Assembly: GCA_046328995.1 (NCBI GenBank)
Contig: JAXLVN010000004.1
Location: forward strand, 274,599-338,598
From: Candidatus Kapaibacterium sp.
Lineage (GTDB): Bacteria; Bacteroidota; Ignavibacteria; Kapaibacteriales; UBA961
Direction of reading: 5' to 3'
Length of the DNA: 64,000 nt
In this document: piece by piece, positions 1-10,114 of the stretch
Position numbering within the stretch: the first letter of the stretch is position 1
How the letters are laid out: every line of letters starts with the position of its first letter
Made by a program: the position numbers and the translations under genes
Notes under the pieces: generated by a model
Told to the model about the DNA's origin: nothing
The model's database searches: none
What the model saw: the letters and a program-made list of their open reading frames with translations, nothing else

Positions 1-3000
1 CGGATGGAGGTAGAGAAAGTCAATTTTTTCGATAAATGCTTCAGGATTTAGAACATTTTGCTTGACGTATTCCACCTGTTTTGCATCGTTGTTATTCTGA
101 GCTACGGTGGCGGGGAGCTTCCAGAGATCTTTCGAGTGTTGATTTTGAAACACAATATCTCCATTGCTGTCCACGACGAGAATACCGTCTTTGGAGGAGT
201 GCACGAGTGCTTCGAGGAAGGCAGACTTCGAGCGGAGCATCTCTTCGATACGCTTGCTGATGGTAATATCGTGAAAGCTCCAGACACGGCCGATAATCTC
301 ATCACCCAAGCGTTGGGGGATGGAGTAGCGTTCAAATACACGACCGTCGGTTAATTCAATTTCGTCATACGACGTAGCATCGGGTGTGCGGTAGAGATCA
401 TTAACTTTTGCGATAAATTCTTCTGGATTCTTGAGTTGGGTGGTCGCATAACTGAGGAGAACGCGGTCGTCACCCTGCGATGCAATATGCTCGGGGATAT
501 TCCAGAGGGAGAGAAATTTGGAATTGTAGCTGCTAATGCGGCCATCGAGTCCGACGACGAGAATGCCGTCGGCGGTGGATTCGAGAGCAGCCGTCAGGAG
601 GGAATACGAGTGTTTGAGATCATTTTCAATCTGCTTGCGCTTGGTGATATCAATGACATTATTGAGCACATATTTTTCGGACTCGAGTTCAATCACTTCG
701 GCAAAGTATATTCCATGGCCGGTGCTGCCATTGGCGGTGCGGAATTCGAACTCAAAATCGCGCACCCTGCCGGTGAGTGTGAGCTGATCGAGCGCCTGCA
801 GACGCTCGTCGGGGCTAACCCATAAGTCTAGTGAAATCACAGAAATACCGATCACATCTTCTCGCCTGTAGCCGAAGACATTTTCAAAAGCAGAATTGAC
901 ATCCAGGATTGTGCGATCCGGCTGTCTGGTAAGAATCGATGCATCGGGATTGGCGTGGAATGTTTTTTGGAAGAGAGCATGCATATTGGCCAGATTCTCG
1001 TCGGCTAATTTTTGTTCGGTAATGTCGGTAATAATCCCGATCGAACCAATAATAGCACCAGTATGGTCGTGCCGTGGTGCTCCACTGATTTCTGCCCACA
1101 TTACTTCGCCGGATTTTTTCCGTATCTGAATCTGATATTTATCCGATACATTATGGAGGCGAAGTGCATTTTTCTCGTCGATGATGTGCCGGTCTTCGGC
1201 ACTGAAGAAGAGTTCTTTGCCGACTTTCCCGACGAGCTCTTCAGCGGTATAGCCGAGCATCTCACAGAGTCGTTGATTGACAAACAGAATGACATCATCA
1301 TTATTGACATGCATCACTCCTTCGCTCATACTTTCGATGAGCGTGCGGAATCGTTCCTCGCTATCTCGTAGGGTTGCTATGAAGTTACGCCGTCTCCGCC
1401 AAATAATAATCATCAATGCCACAATACCGCCGAGGAGGATACCGATAGGCAGCAGCACGTATGGATTTCGGTGCAGAGGATAGGGGATGACGAAGGTGGT
1501 AGTATAGCCGGCTTCATCGACCGGCCGGAGAATTTCCTTGACCTGTACCTGCAGGCGGTGGGTCCCGGGCGAAATAGTCGTGGCGACGACCTGATGATTA
1601 CTGCTCCACGCAGAAAATTCACCATCGTCAATCCGATAGCGGGTCTCGAGGTTCTTACTGCTGTAAGCGGCAAAATAACTATACGGCTTCCATTTGAGAA
1701 TGACGGAATTATCTTCAATTGCCGGTGCTGCAAACACCACTCGTGGCGGGTGTCGGGTATCGGAAATTTTATTGATAATAATCACTCCGCCGCCCGAAGA
1801 ACCGATATACACCTTTTCTTTGGTCGGAGTCACAGGCCACAGCCGGGAATTACTGAGACCCGACTGCGCATCAAATGTCTCCCACCTGCCGTTGAAATAA
1901 CTGCTGAGCCCACCCTTGGTAGCGATCCACAGTTTGTTTTGAGCATCGACCTTAATATCCTGAACGGCATCGCTGACGAGTCCGTCGGACGTCGTCCGAT
2001 AGAGAATCGTATCGGCGGCCACAAAGCCGAGACCATTGTGCTGATCGCCGAACCACACACGATTCTGACTGTCAATAGCGATGGTATAAATCCGCTGAGC
2101 CCGTAACCCGCTTGCGGTCGTCCAATGCTTCCAGTGGCCGTCTTTCCATCTGCTGAGACCGGAATATGTGCCGAACCAATACGCACCGTCCCTACTTTCG
2201 GCAAAAGAATACACTCTGCCGCTCTGCAGCTCTTTGCTATGCTCCCACGGGGTGATGCGTCCGCTATCAAGGATGAATACGCCCGGACCCTTGGCAAGAT
2301 TATACTGTAATGTATCATAATTATCGAGACCGAGGAACCAAAGACGTTTCCTCCGGTCGGGAACGATTTTGTGGACCGTACGCGCCCCAAAGGCTTCTTT
2401 CTTACCATAGTGTTCCCACCGCGAGCCGTCATACCGATAGACGCCTTCGGTTCCCACACCGCTGCCGATCCACAGTCCACCTGAAACGTCTTCTGCCAGA
2501 GCGGTCACGCTCCCCAGGGGCACGCCGTTGATCATTTCGATGGAGGTGGTGCTGCCGTTTTTTGCATGAATTTCCACACCGAGCGCACGTGCTACCCATA
2601 CGGCACTGTCGCGGGTAATGAGTATTTCATTTATCGAATTCCGATCGTCGGTCTTCCCTGTGGACCATGATTCCCACCGACGGGACGATGCCTGATACAG
2701 ATAGAGTCCGCTTTCGGTACCTACCCACAGATCGCCGTTAGCGCGATATTTCAGGAAAAGCAGATCTTGCATCTGCCGTGGGGGATTGATATAGTATTGC
2801 CAGATACCCGATTGCCGCAGAAAGATACTCCCTGAGGCGCTGAGGACGAGCATGTCGCCATTGGGTGCTTCGACAATTTTTTGTGGGAATTTCCATTCTT
2901 TTGCATTATGAAAAACCGCCTGTCCGGTGGACTGCGACTCCCACACGCCACGGAGTTCGGAGGGAATTACCACCGAAGCCAGCCAGCCGCCACGTGTATC

Positions 3001-3738
3001 ACTGACGGCCTGATCGATATTCAGCGGGGACGTCGGCGAGGAGAGAGCGGGGGTCCACTGGCCGTTACTCAGACGATAGAGATGATGAGCGGAGCTGAGC
3101 CAGATTTCACCACTGGAGCTGCGGAACATCTGCTTAAAATGCAGAGCTGTCATCTCAGGAGGAAGCTTGTAGGGGGAGATAGTCGTCGTCCGCCCGTCGA
3201 ATTGAAAGAGCTTGGACTTCGACAGCAGCAGATGCTGCCCGTTCGGTAGAGTGGCTATCGCATCGATGGGTAGCCGGCGGCCGTCATGGTAGAGGTTTAT
3301 TTTTGTAAATCCATGAATATCACCGCGGTAGAGAGAGCTGTCTGTGTGAGCAAGGATCGAATTGCCTGCTGCATAGTCGAATTCTCGTATCCTGCTGTCC
3401 GGCAGTCCATCCGAGGGGCGAATGGCTGTCCAATAATACCCGTTGAACCAGGCGAGTCCCCGTTGGGTCGATGCCCATATCGTGCCGTCCGGTGTCTCTA
3501 GGATATCAAAAACCCGATGCGACGGGAGGCCGTCTTCGGTTGTAAACAGCGTCCATCGCCATTGATCATCAAAAATTTTGTGCTGAGCGGTGAGTCGATT
3601 GGTCGAGAAGCTACAGGCCAGAAATACCAGGAAGAAGAGGATGCAGGGCGAGAAACCTACAGTACACCGAGACAACGAGAAAGGGAGGACTCTAGTCGTA
3701 CAAAAGGAGCTATCGTGCTGAATCGATTCGAGTTCCAT
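1..3738 (-). CDS. Sensor protein with N-terminal signal/TM, two-component-regulator beta-propeller repeats, a Y_Y_Y-like region, a TM helix and C-terminal PAS domain(s). The C-terminal output region lies beyond the window start.
   Basis: My own reverse-strand translation starts at ATG 3738..3736 (MELESIQHDSSFCTTRVLPF...). It shows repeated WVGTE/LW..T propeller-like motifs, a TM helix (LLPIGILLGGIVALMIIIW) near 1400, then PAS-like sequence (EERFRTLIESMSEGV..., and ...SAFLEALVHSSKDGILVVDSNGDIVFQNQ near 130-300). The frame is open to position 1 with no stop, which is why the ORF track did not list it. Confidence 0.75.
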   Translation of the reverse strand, partial: MELESIQHDSSFCTTRVLPFSLSRCTVGFSPCILFFLVFLACSFSTNRLTAQHKIFDDQWRWTLFTTEDGLPSHRVFDILETPDGTIWASTQRGLAWFNGYYWTAIRPSDGLPDSRIREFDYAAGNSILAHTDSSLYRGDIHGFTKINLYHDGRRLPIDAIATLPNGQHLLLSKSKLFQFDGRTTTISPYKLPPEMTALHFKQMFRSSSGEIWLSSAHHLYRLSNGQWTPALSSPTSPLNIDQAVSDTRGGWLASVVIPSELRGVWESQSTGQAVFHNAKEWKFPQKIVEAPNGDMLVLSASGSIFLRQSGIWQYYINPPRQMQDLLFLKYRANGDLWVGTESGLYLYQASSRRWESWSTGKTDDRNSINEILITRDSAVWVARALGVEIHAKNGSTTSIEMINGVPLGSVTALAEDVSGGLWIGSGVGTEGVYRYDGSRWEHYGKKEAFGARTVHKIVPDRRKRLWFLGLDNYDTLQYNLAKGPGVFILDSGRITPWEHSKELQSGRVYSFAESRDGAYWFGTYSGLSRWKDGHWKHWTTASGLRAQRIYTIAIDSQNRVWFGDQHNGLGFVAADTILYRTTSDGLVSDAVQDIKVDAQNKLWIATKGGLSSYFNGRWETFDAQSGLSNSRLWPVTPTKEKVYIGSSGGGVIIINKISDTRHPPRVVFAAPAIEDNSVILKWKPYSYFAAYSSKNLETRYRIDDGEFSAWSSNHQVVATTISPGTHRLQVQVKEILRPVDEAGYTTTFVIPYPLHRNPYVLLPIGILLGGIVALMIIIWRRRRNFIATLRDSEERFRTLIESMSEGVMHVNNDDVILFVNQRLCEMLGYTAEELVGKVGKELFFSAEDRHIIDEKNALRLHNVSDKYQIQIRKKSGEVMWAEISGAPRHDHTGAIIGSIGIITDITEQKLADENLANMHALFQKTFHANPDASILTRQPDRTILDVNSAFENVFGYRREDVIGISVISLDLWVSPDERLQALDQLTLTGRVRDFEFEFRTANGSTGHGIYFAEVIELESEKYVLNNVIDITKRKQIENDLKHSYSLLTAALESTADGILVVGLDGRISSYNSKFLSLWNIPEHIASQGDDRVLLSYATTQLKNPEEFIAKVNDLYRTPDATSYDEIELTDGRVFERYSIPQRLGDEIIGRVWSFHDITISKRIEEMLRSKSAFLEALVHSSKDGILVVDSNGDIVFQNQHSKDLWKLPATVAQNNNDAKQVEYVKQNVLNPEAFIEKIDFLYLHP

Positions 3739-3976
3739 GTCTTGATTCTTCTCCCCTCTGCATGCCGGTCAGACCCCACACTATCCGGCTGCGTATGCTA
3801 CTGTAATTCAGGAAGCTTCTGTATTAACTATGTGTATCGGGGTATTCACCGTTACCTAGTGCAAACATAGCTAAATAACACAAAACCACAGAACGGTATT
3901 TTAGAATGGAGGAATTACTTTCCGTCAGAACGGTATAATTCCCGGAAGAATCTCCTCATACCTCATCGCCGGTATC

Positions 3977-5569
3977 CTATCGGCCGGCTACCATCATCGG
4001 TTGCGTTGCCGTGAAATTCCCTGCACGAAAACGGAAAAAATACGTGCCTTCCGGCAGGTACGACGCATCGACCCGGAGCGTATAATGTCCCGCATCCTGT
4101 GTCATCTGATTATCGAGCAGATCCTGTAGTACACGGCCACGCAGGTCTGTCAGACTCAGCGATACGGCCGAGGCAAACGGCACATCATAGCTGATACTCG
4201 TTATCGACGTCACGGGATTCGGGTAATTCTCATATAGCCGGAACCCGAGCGGTACGTCGGTGAGAGTATCGCGAGCGGAGGTCGTCGGAACATTAATAAC
4301 CGGCAATTGCTGGAATTCCTTGAGCATGACGGCTGACAGAGCTGGCTGCTGCGCACCGAACCATTGGGCAAGAACGGACGTGTACACCTGTCGGAAATCA
4401 TACTGCATCTTGAGGTTACCACGGTCAAGATTATTCATGTCGGGATTGATGCCGACAATTCCCGGACGAACATATTTGCCGAAAATGAACATCGGCGCGG
4501 CTGTTCCGTGATCGGTGCCTGCACTCGCATTCGAGGCGACTCTCCGACCAAATTCGGAAAAGGTCATTGCCAGTACTTTATCCTCAGCCCCAAGCTGCCG
4601 GATATCATCCAAAAACGCCGTAACAGCTTCCGAGAGCTTTTGAAGCAAGGTCGCATGATTACCCTTCGTCGTGTCACTCGCCGTTACCTGCGCCGAATGC
4701 GTGTCGAATCCACTTAAGGTCACCGAATAAATCCTCGTCTGTAATCCACCGCCAATGAGTCGGGCTACGATTTTTAATTGATCGGCCAGAGAATTACCGG
4801 TCGGATACGTGGCTTTGTTGCTTGCCTTCGATGCAGCATCTTTGATCTGCTTCGAATAAGCAAATGACTCAATCTGAATTTCCCGAATATACTTCAAGTC
4901 TTTGCCGAATTTCGTGTTCGGCGGGTCTTCAAACCCCGTCGTTCCCGTTCCGTTGACCAGTGTATAAAACGTATTCGGATCCTGCAATGCAATACCCATC
5001 GACTGTCCTGCGCCCTGCAGGGCAAGCGAAGACGAAGCGCCAATCTGAATTGCAAGCGGGTCGGGAGCAGAGGAATTCGGATAGCCGATAGGGTAATTGG
5101 GATAGACTTCACCGAGAAAGCGTCCTGCCCAGCCGGAGACGAGGTATTGATTGGAGTCGGAGCCGGACATGAAAATATCGGTCGAGCGGAAATGCGAGAA
5201 GTTGGAATTAGGATAGGTGACACCCTGAATGACCACTGCTTGTCCGTTGTCAAACAACGACTTAATGCCGGTCATTGCGGGATGGAGACCGGTCTTGTCG
5301 GTGAGCTTGAGCACCGATTGCTCGGCAATCATGATATTCGATCGGAGGGAGGAATAGGCAGAATATTGATCAAGGGAAATGACCGTATTGAGCCCGTCGT
5401 TTCCGCCGGTGAGCTGTATCAGCACGAGGATTCGATCGGTCGCTGCGAGTGTGGTCGCGAGGTCATTGCTCATCATATTCCGGCCATATGCTGTGCCGGG
5501 AAGGCCGCCGATGATAAACGGTGCCGCCAGCACGGGCGACAATTTCTGAATAAAGTCTCTGCGTTTCAT
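3977..5569 (-). CDS. DUF1501 family protein (sulfatase/alkaline-phosphatase-like fold) with a twin-arginine signal and a C-terminal T9SS (Por) sorting domain
   Basis: The N-terminus is MKRRDFIQKLSPVLAAPFIIGGLPGTAYG (RRxFIxK Tat motif). DUF1501 hallmarks are present (LIQLTGGNDGLNTVI, GFDTHSAQ, GTDHGTAAPMFIFG). The last ~80 aa are YPNPVTS...GTYFFRFRAG...MVAGR, typical of a T9SS CTD. Confidence 0.8.
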   Translation of the reverse strand: MKRRDFIQKLSPVLAAPFIIGGLPGTAYGRNMMSNDLATTLAATDRILVLIQLTGGNDGLNTVISLDQYSAYSSLRSNIMIAEQSVLKLTDKTGLHPAMTGIKSLFDNGQAVVIQGVTYPNSNFSHFRSTDIFMSGSDSNQYLVSGWAGRFLGEVYPNYPIGYPNSSAPDPLAIQIGASSSLALQGAGQSMGIALQDPNTFYTLVNGTGTTGFEDPPNTKFGKDLKYIREIQIESFAYSKQIKDAASKASNKATYPTGNSLADQLKIVARLIGGGLQTRIYSVTLSGFDTHSAQVTASDTTKGNHATLLQKLSEAVTAFLDDIRQLGAEDKVLAMTFSEFGRRVASNASAGTDHGTAAPMFIFGKYVRPGIVGINPDMNNLDRGNLKMQYDFRQVYTSVLAQWFGAQQPALSAVMLKEFQQLPVINVPTTSARDTLTDVPLGFRLYENYPNPVTSITSISYDVPFASAVSLSLTDLRGRVLQDLLDNQMTQDAGHYTLRVDASYLPEGTYFFRFRAGNFTATQPMMVAGR

Positions 5570-5636
5570 GATGAATTCCTTCTGTACAAGGATGATATAT
5601 AAGGGAATTAACTGTTGGGTGCTTTGCCGGAATCGT

Positions 5637-7247
5637 TTACATCATTTGAAATTCTGCCATGCGAAACATAAATTTCAGCAGGGCACTGAGCTTGCTTTTG
5701 ACGGCATTTACTTTTTGCGTGCTTGTCGGATTCTTGACGTACTCATTCCAGATGACGCCCCATTCGTAGTCCGGCACTCCGGGGAGCAGCGTATCGGTCA
5801 CAAGACTCGATACTTGCTTTTCGGTGAGCGGGAAGACAAAGAGATCGGCGGCAATATCCCTGATAAGTTGATAGGGGTCGGCAGGATTCGCGCTAACGGA
5901 TTTCACATACGAGAGCACATCGATGCCGGCTTTGGCACCGCTGACAGTGAATCCATTAACAAGTTGATCAGTAAAGCCGTTGCGATTCGGCAGTGTCGCA
6001 GAAGTGATCCATAATTCATAGAAATTCGGTGCCTGATAATAGGCCGCCCAGCCCGCTACGTTGGGATGCTCCATGAGCTCCATCTGCAAGCTTGCTGCAA
6101 TGCTGCGATACCGGTCATAAAAATTATAGGCTCCCAGCGAGTCCCACGGCATTCCGAGCGGGAAATGCTGCACGAGGCCGATGATAAAGTCGAGGGGGTT
6201 TTTAATCATCCCGCCGATGAGAAGCGGGTCATAAAAATGTGCGGAGGTAAAGAGTGCGTGAAGAACCGGCTCGACGGTGAAGTTGTTTGCTCGTAGAATT
6301 GCCGCAAGAGGTTGAATTACCAATGCTTCCGTCGCAGCATCTATTTCATAATGCACGAAATACCGATATAATTTCCGGCAAAAAAACAGGGCAGTTTCTT
6401 CCATGGAGAAGATCATTGCGATGAGATCCTGCACTTCGCTGTCACCGCCGGTCGTGCGCCCTTTTATGACGGCGTTATGAAAGCAGGACGAGAATTGCTT
6501 GTCCTTGCTGTCATGCCTATTTGCCGTGAATTTGCCGGTGGCCGAGAATTCATCGTCCGACCATCCGGTGAGGACGCGGGCTGCTGCCTGAACATCCTGC
6601 TCGGAGTAATGAGTATAATTTCCGGGGGCGATTTCGGGTCCTTTACCGATGGTGAAGAGTTCGAGTAATTCCCGCGCATAATTTTCATTCGGCTTTGTAT
6701 TGGTATTTGTACTTCCGTTGAGATAGCGGAGCATTGCGGGATCCTTGGTCACAGCCGTGACAAGCGAAGTAATATTTCCGAGGGCATTAGTGCGGAAGAG
6801 CACATTTTGCTTGTACATATAGCGGCTGTCATAGACGACTTCGGACTCGGAAACAAAATGATTGTGCCAAAAGACGGTCATTTTTTCGAGAATCGACGGA
6901 TTTGGCGTGGCGAGCCATTGCGTCCACCATGCTTTGATATAGCGGATATACATCGGGTCATTGGCACCGTCACGGGGGAATTCCAGCCAGGAAATTTCCG
7001 TACCGGGCACGGTGGGCTTGGGAATATTCGTTTTGGTATCCAAGAGTGTCGTCACGGCGGCATCCACCCCAAGTGCCGTAAATTCGGCAATTTTTGCTTT
7101 GGGGAATCCGAAGGTCAGCCGTCGGAGCAGGTGAGCTGCATGAAGCTCGGTAAATGGACCGCTGAATTTCGTGAGTTCGCCGGCTGCTGCCTGAGTCGTC
7201 TCGGCTTGACCGGAAAATTGAGCTTTCAAAAAGGAACGTCGATTCAT
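5637..7247 (-). CDS. DUF1800 family protein, the usual partner of DUF1501
   Basis: It carries the AAHLLRRLTFGF motif and an N-terminal MNRRSFLK. It is 536 aa and lies immediately upstream of, and co-directional with, the DUF1501 gene across a 67 nt gap. Confidence 0.8.
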   Translation of the reverse strand: MNRRSFLKAQFSGQAETTQAAAGELTKFSGPFTELHAAHLLRRLTFGFPKAKIAEFTALGVDAAVTTLLDTKTNIPKPTVPGTEISWLEFPRDGANDPMYIRYIKAWWTQWLATPNPSILEKMTVFWHNHFVSESEVVYDSRYMYKQNVLFRTNALGNITSLVTAVTKDPAMLRYLNGSTNTNTKPNENYARELLELFTIGKGPEIAPGNYTHYSEQDVQAAARVLTGWSDDEFSATGKFTANRHDSKDKQFSSCFHNAVIKGRTTGGDSEVQDLIAMIFSMEETALFFCRKLYRYFVHYEIDAATEALVIQPLAAILRANNFTVEPVLHALFTSAHFYDPLLIGGMIKNPLDFIIGLVQHFPLGMPWDSLGAYNFYDRYRSIAASLQMELMEHPNVAGWAAYYQAPNFYELWITSATLPNRNGFTDQLVNGFTVSGAKAGIDVLSYVKSVSANPADPYQLIRDIAADLFVFPLTEKQVSSLVTDTLLPGVPDYEWGVIWNEYVKNPTSTQKVNAVKSKLSALLKFMFRMAEFQMM

Positions 7248-7290
7248 AATGCTCTCCTTCTATGAGAGTTTGGGGTAGGGGGATTGTCAA

Positions 7291-7704
7291 TTACTCTTTC
7301 CACTCTTTCCATACATGAAAGCATTGATGGCATCGGTATTCTTCCCGGGGGAAGAATAAGGGGAATCCGGCAAGGAGCCAGGAAAATGCCATTGAACGCT
7401 TATCTTGGATGAATTCTATTCGGTTACTTCCGCATTCAGGACAGCATCCCCAGTCATCGGAGGAGGGGTCGAGGGCGAATTCCTGCGCCTGCACGAGGGC
7501 GATAATTTCCCTGGCTGCCTGCTCATTGTGATACTCGACCTCTACCCGGACACCGCCAAGGGCATTGGAGTAGAGCCAATTCATCCCAACAAGATTTTTA
7601 TTGGCAATAAAAGCCCGGATACCTTCACCCTCAAGGCGCGAACAGAGCAAATCCGCCTCAAAAACCGTACTGACAACGGCAACGGTAGCAAGCTTTGATT
7701 TCAT
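7291..7704 (-). CDS. DUF2007-like (putative signal-transducing, PII-like) domain protein with a C-terminal Cys-rich zinc-ribbon
   Basis: The N-terminal ~75 aa match the DUF2007 pattern (VAVVSTVFEADLLCSRLEGEGIRAF...VEVEYHNEQAAREII). The C-terminus is CCPECGSN...CHQCFHVW. It sits 43 nt upstream of the DUF1800 gene on the same strand. Confidence 0.45.
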   Translation of the reverse strand: MKSKLATVAVVSTVFEADLLCSRLEGEGIRAFIANKNLVGMNWLYSNALGGVRVEVEYHNEQAAREIIALVQAQEFALDPSSDDWGCCPECGSNRIEFIQDKRSMAFSWLLAGFPLFFPREEYRCHQCFHVWKEWKE

Positions 7705-7950
7705 ACTGTTTCCGAAAAGAGGAGCCGATGAGAGTTCTATAATTGCAACCGACCGTCACGCTCCGCGGATGGGAGAATCCTCTCTTCCGGAGGAGATTGC
7801 TGTCTCAATGCAGAACTCTATTCTTTGATTTTCAAAAATTTGGCTCAAAAATAGATATTTTCGGCGGAAAGGAAACAAAATATTCCGTGAGTAAGTCTAA
7901 GAGCCGCCACAAGGAGGTATTAGTGCATCACATACACACTCAGAACGACT

Positions 7951-9948
7951 ATGAATTCCATCTACGCAGCCCTCGTGTTTTTTGCCCTGCTCGCGCTACC
8001 GGTACACGCGCAGACTGCTGCTGACGTACGTACGTATTCGGTAACGCTGTCGTCATCGATTTCGGGAGGTGGGAATCCCCGCCTTACTCTTCACTGGCTC
8101 CCCGATACACAGGCAGAATCGTATACCGTCAGCCGAAAATTAGCTACTCAGAATTACTGGACTGATCTGGCCGAGCTCGACTATTCTCAGCAGGAATTCA
8201 CCGATTCGACACTGCAAAGAGGCTTGGAATACGAGTATCAGGTTGCCAAAATATCAAAAATTAACGGCAAGAATTTCACCGGGTATGGGTATATATCTTC
8301 CGGAATTGACGTTCCCCGCCCCGACACCCGCGGCAAAATTCTCCTGCTTATCGACTCTCTCACGAATGCCGCGCTGCCCGAAATCCTTGCCCGCTACGAG
8401 CAGGCGCTTATCGGTGACGGCTGGACGCCAATACGGAGAGTCGTGCCCCGCGCGGAAACCTTCGCCCGGGAAAAAGTGCGGCAGGTAAAGTCTATTATTC
8501 AAAAGGAATACGATGCCGATAAATCGCTTACGACGGTCTTTATGGTTGGCAGGGTAGCAGTACCCTATTCCGGTAATTTTGCTCCCGATAATCACCCGAA
8601 TCATCATGGCGCATGGACGGCAGACTGCTATTACGGCGATGTCTATCCCTCGTCGATCGATGCGCGGTGGTCGGATCTGTATGTCGTTGATACAATGGGC
8701 GAACGCGTGCAGAACTGGAATAAACGCCTCGACGGGAAATTCGACCAATCATCAATTATCAGCGATATCGATCTGGCTGTTGGTCGCGTCGATTTCTATG
8801 ATATGCCGGCAGCGTCTGAGACAGAGACCGAGCTCCTGGCCGACTACCTTGAGCGTAATATCCGCTATCGTACCAAAGAGCTAGCACCGGAATCGAAAGC
8901 ACTTGTGGATGATAATTTCGGCGTCTATGGAGGCGAGGCATTCGCGCAGGCAGGATGGAGTAATTTCGGCGGACTCGTTGGCAACGGCAATATTTCAAAT
9001 GGGAAATTACTCGCTTCCTCGACTCAAAAACCCTACCTCTGGGCCTATGGCTGTGGTCCGGGAGTCTATACAAGTATTGGTGGCGTAGGGAGTTCGGATG
9101 ACTTTCTCAAAACTCCCGTTCCTGCCGTATTCATGATGCTCTTCGGCAGTTATTTAGGTGACTGGGACTCGCAGAATAATGTCCTCCGCGCGGCGCTTGC
9201 CTCCAAGCCGGCGGCGCTCGCCACGATGTGGAGCGGACGTCCGATCTGGCGGGTGCATCCGCTCGGCATGGGCGCCACACTCGGCGAATGCGCGAAGCTG
9301 ACACAGAATAATGACGGGCTGATGTATGCAGGCAATACGTATGCGCGCGGCACACACATTACGCTTCTCGGCGACCCGACCCTCACGATGAATATCATCG
9401 CGCCACCCAAGAATCTCAAACGCACGCAACTCACAACCGGGATGGTTTCTCTCGATTGGACGCCGTCACCGGAGAGCGTGGGAGAGTATTATGTATATAG
9501 GAAAGTAGCACCGACAGGGTTTGAACGTGTAGCAGTAATTGCTTCTCCACTAACGCATTGGACGGATTCTCTGGCGCCGGTTGGATCCGAATATATGGTT
9601 CGCGCGCGCATGCTTGTGCAGTCACCAAGCGGTTCGTATAGTGCCTTTAGTCAAGGAGTATTTACGAGTGCTCCGCTAAGCGCAGATATGGAGGAGGCGC
9701 AGGAAGAAACGATCGACATCTCACCGAATCCTACGAATAATACTGTTCACATTCAACTATCTGCTCCTGCGACAATCGAGGTATATTCGGCATTCGGTCA
9801 GCGGATTGCATTCCTTGGCTCCGGCATGAGCAATGGTGAGTGGAACGGTAAGGATATCAGCGGTTTGCCGGTACCGTCGGGTGTGTATTTCCTGAGAATT
9901 AGTACCTCGAAGTCTATCTTCACACGTCAGCTTGTGGTGATGCGATGA
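7951..9948 (+). CDS. Secreted T9SS cargo protein with fibronectin-III-like domains near both ends and a central domain of unknown function
   Basis: It has a signal peptide (MNSIYAALVFFALLALPVHAQ) and a C-terminal T9SS CTD (ISPNPTNNTVHIQ...GVYFLRISTSKSIFTRQLVVMR). YTVSRK/YYVYRK Fn3-like stretches are present. Confidence 0.7.
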   Translation: MNSIYAALVFFALLALPVHAQTAADVRTYSVTLSSSISGGGNPRLTLHWLPDTQAESYTVSRKLATQNYWTDLAELDYSQQEFTDSTLQRGLEYEYQVAKISKINGKNFTGYGYISSGIDVPRPDTRGKILLLIDSLTNAALPEILARYEQALIGDGWTPIRRVVPRAETFAREKVRQVKSIIQKEYDADKSLTTVFMVGRVAVPYSGNFAPDNHPNHHGAWTADCYYGDVYPSSIDARWSDLYVVDTMGERVQNWNKRLDGKFDQSSIISDIDLAVGRVDFYDMPAASETETELLADYLERNIRYRTKELAPESKALVDDNFGVYGGEAFAQAGWSNFGGLVGNGNISNGKLLASSTQKPYLWAYGCGPGVYTSIGGVGSSDDFLKTPVPAVFMMLFGSYLGDWDSQNNVLRAALASKPAALATMWSGRPIWRVHPLGMGATLGECAKLTQNNDGLMYAGNTYARGTHITLLGDPTLTMNIIAPPKNLKRTQLTTGMVSLDWTPSPESVGEYYVYRKVAPTGFERVAVIASPLTHWTDSLAPVGSEYMVRARMLVQSPSGSYSAFSQGVFTSAPLSADMEEAQEETIDISPNPTNNTVHIQLSAPATIEVYSAFGQRIAFLGSGMSNGEWNGKDISGLPVPSGVYFLRISTSKSIFTRQLVVMR

Positions 9949-10114
9949 GCTGTTGAACAAACCATCCTGGATTTTCTACCTGACTTATAAGGTTTTCGCA
10001 AAACCTGCTATATCTGTTCTTTATCTATCCAAGTATTAGAATCTTACTGCTTGCTAGCCTCAATGACAAAATTACAAGTCATTGAAGCTAGTTACATCAG
10101 GAGTAGAGTAGTAT

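Noticed and set aside
1471-2480. Long plus- and minus-frame ORFs (1471..2106 on plus, 1830..2480 on minus, 436..825 on plus and others) in the first 3.7 kb
   Set aside because: They lie antisense or out of frame to the continuous minus-strand sensor gene (<1..3738). That gene's translation shows coherent propeller, TM and PAS domains. The listed ORFs have low-complexity, Arg/Pro-rich shadow-ORF composition.
7951-9948. Gingipain-like (C25) cysteine peptidase call for the central domain
   Set aside because: His- and Cys-containing stretches exist (NHHGAW...DCYYG; YGCGPG). I cannot align them to the C25 catalytic dyad context with any confidence.
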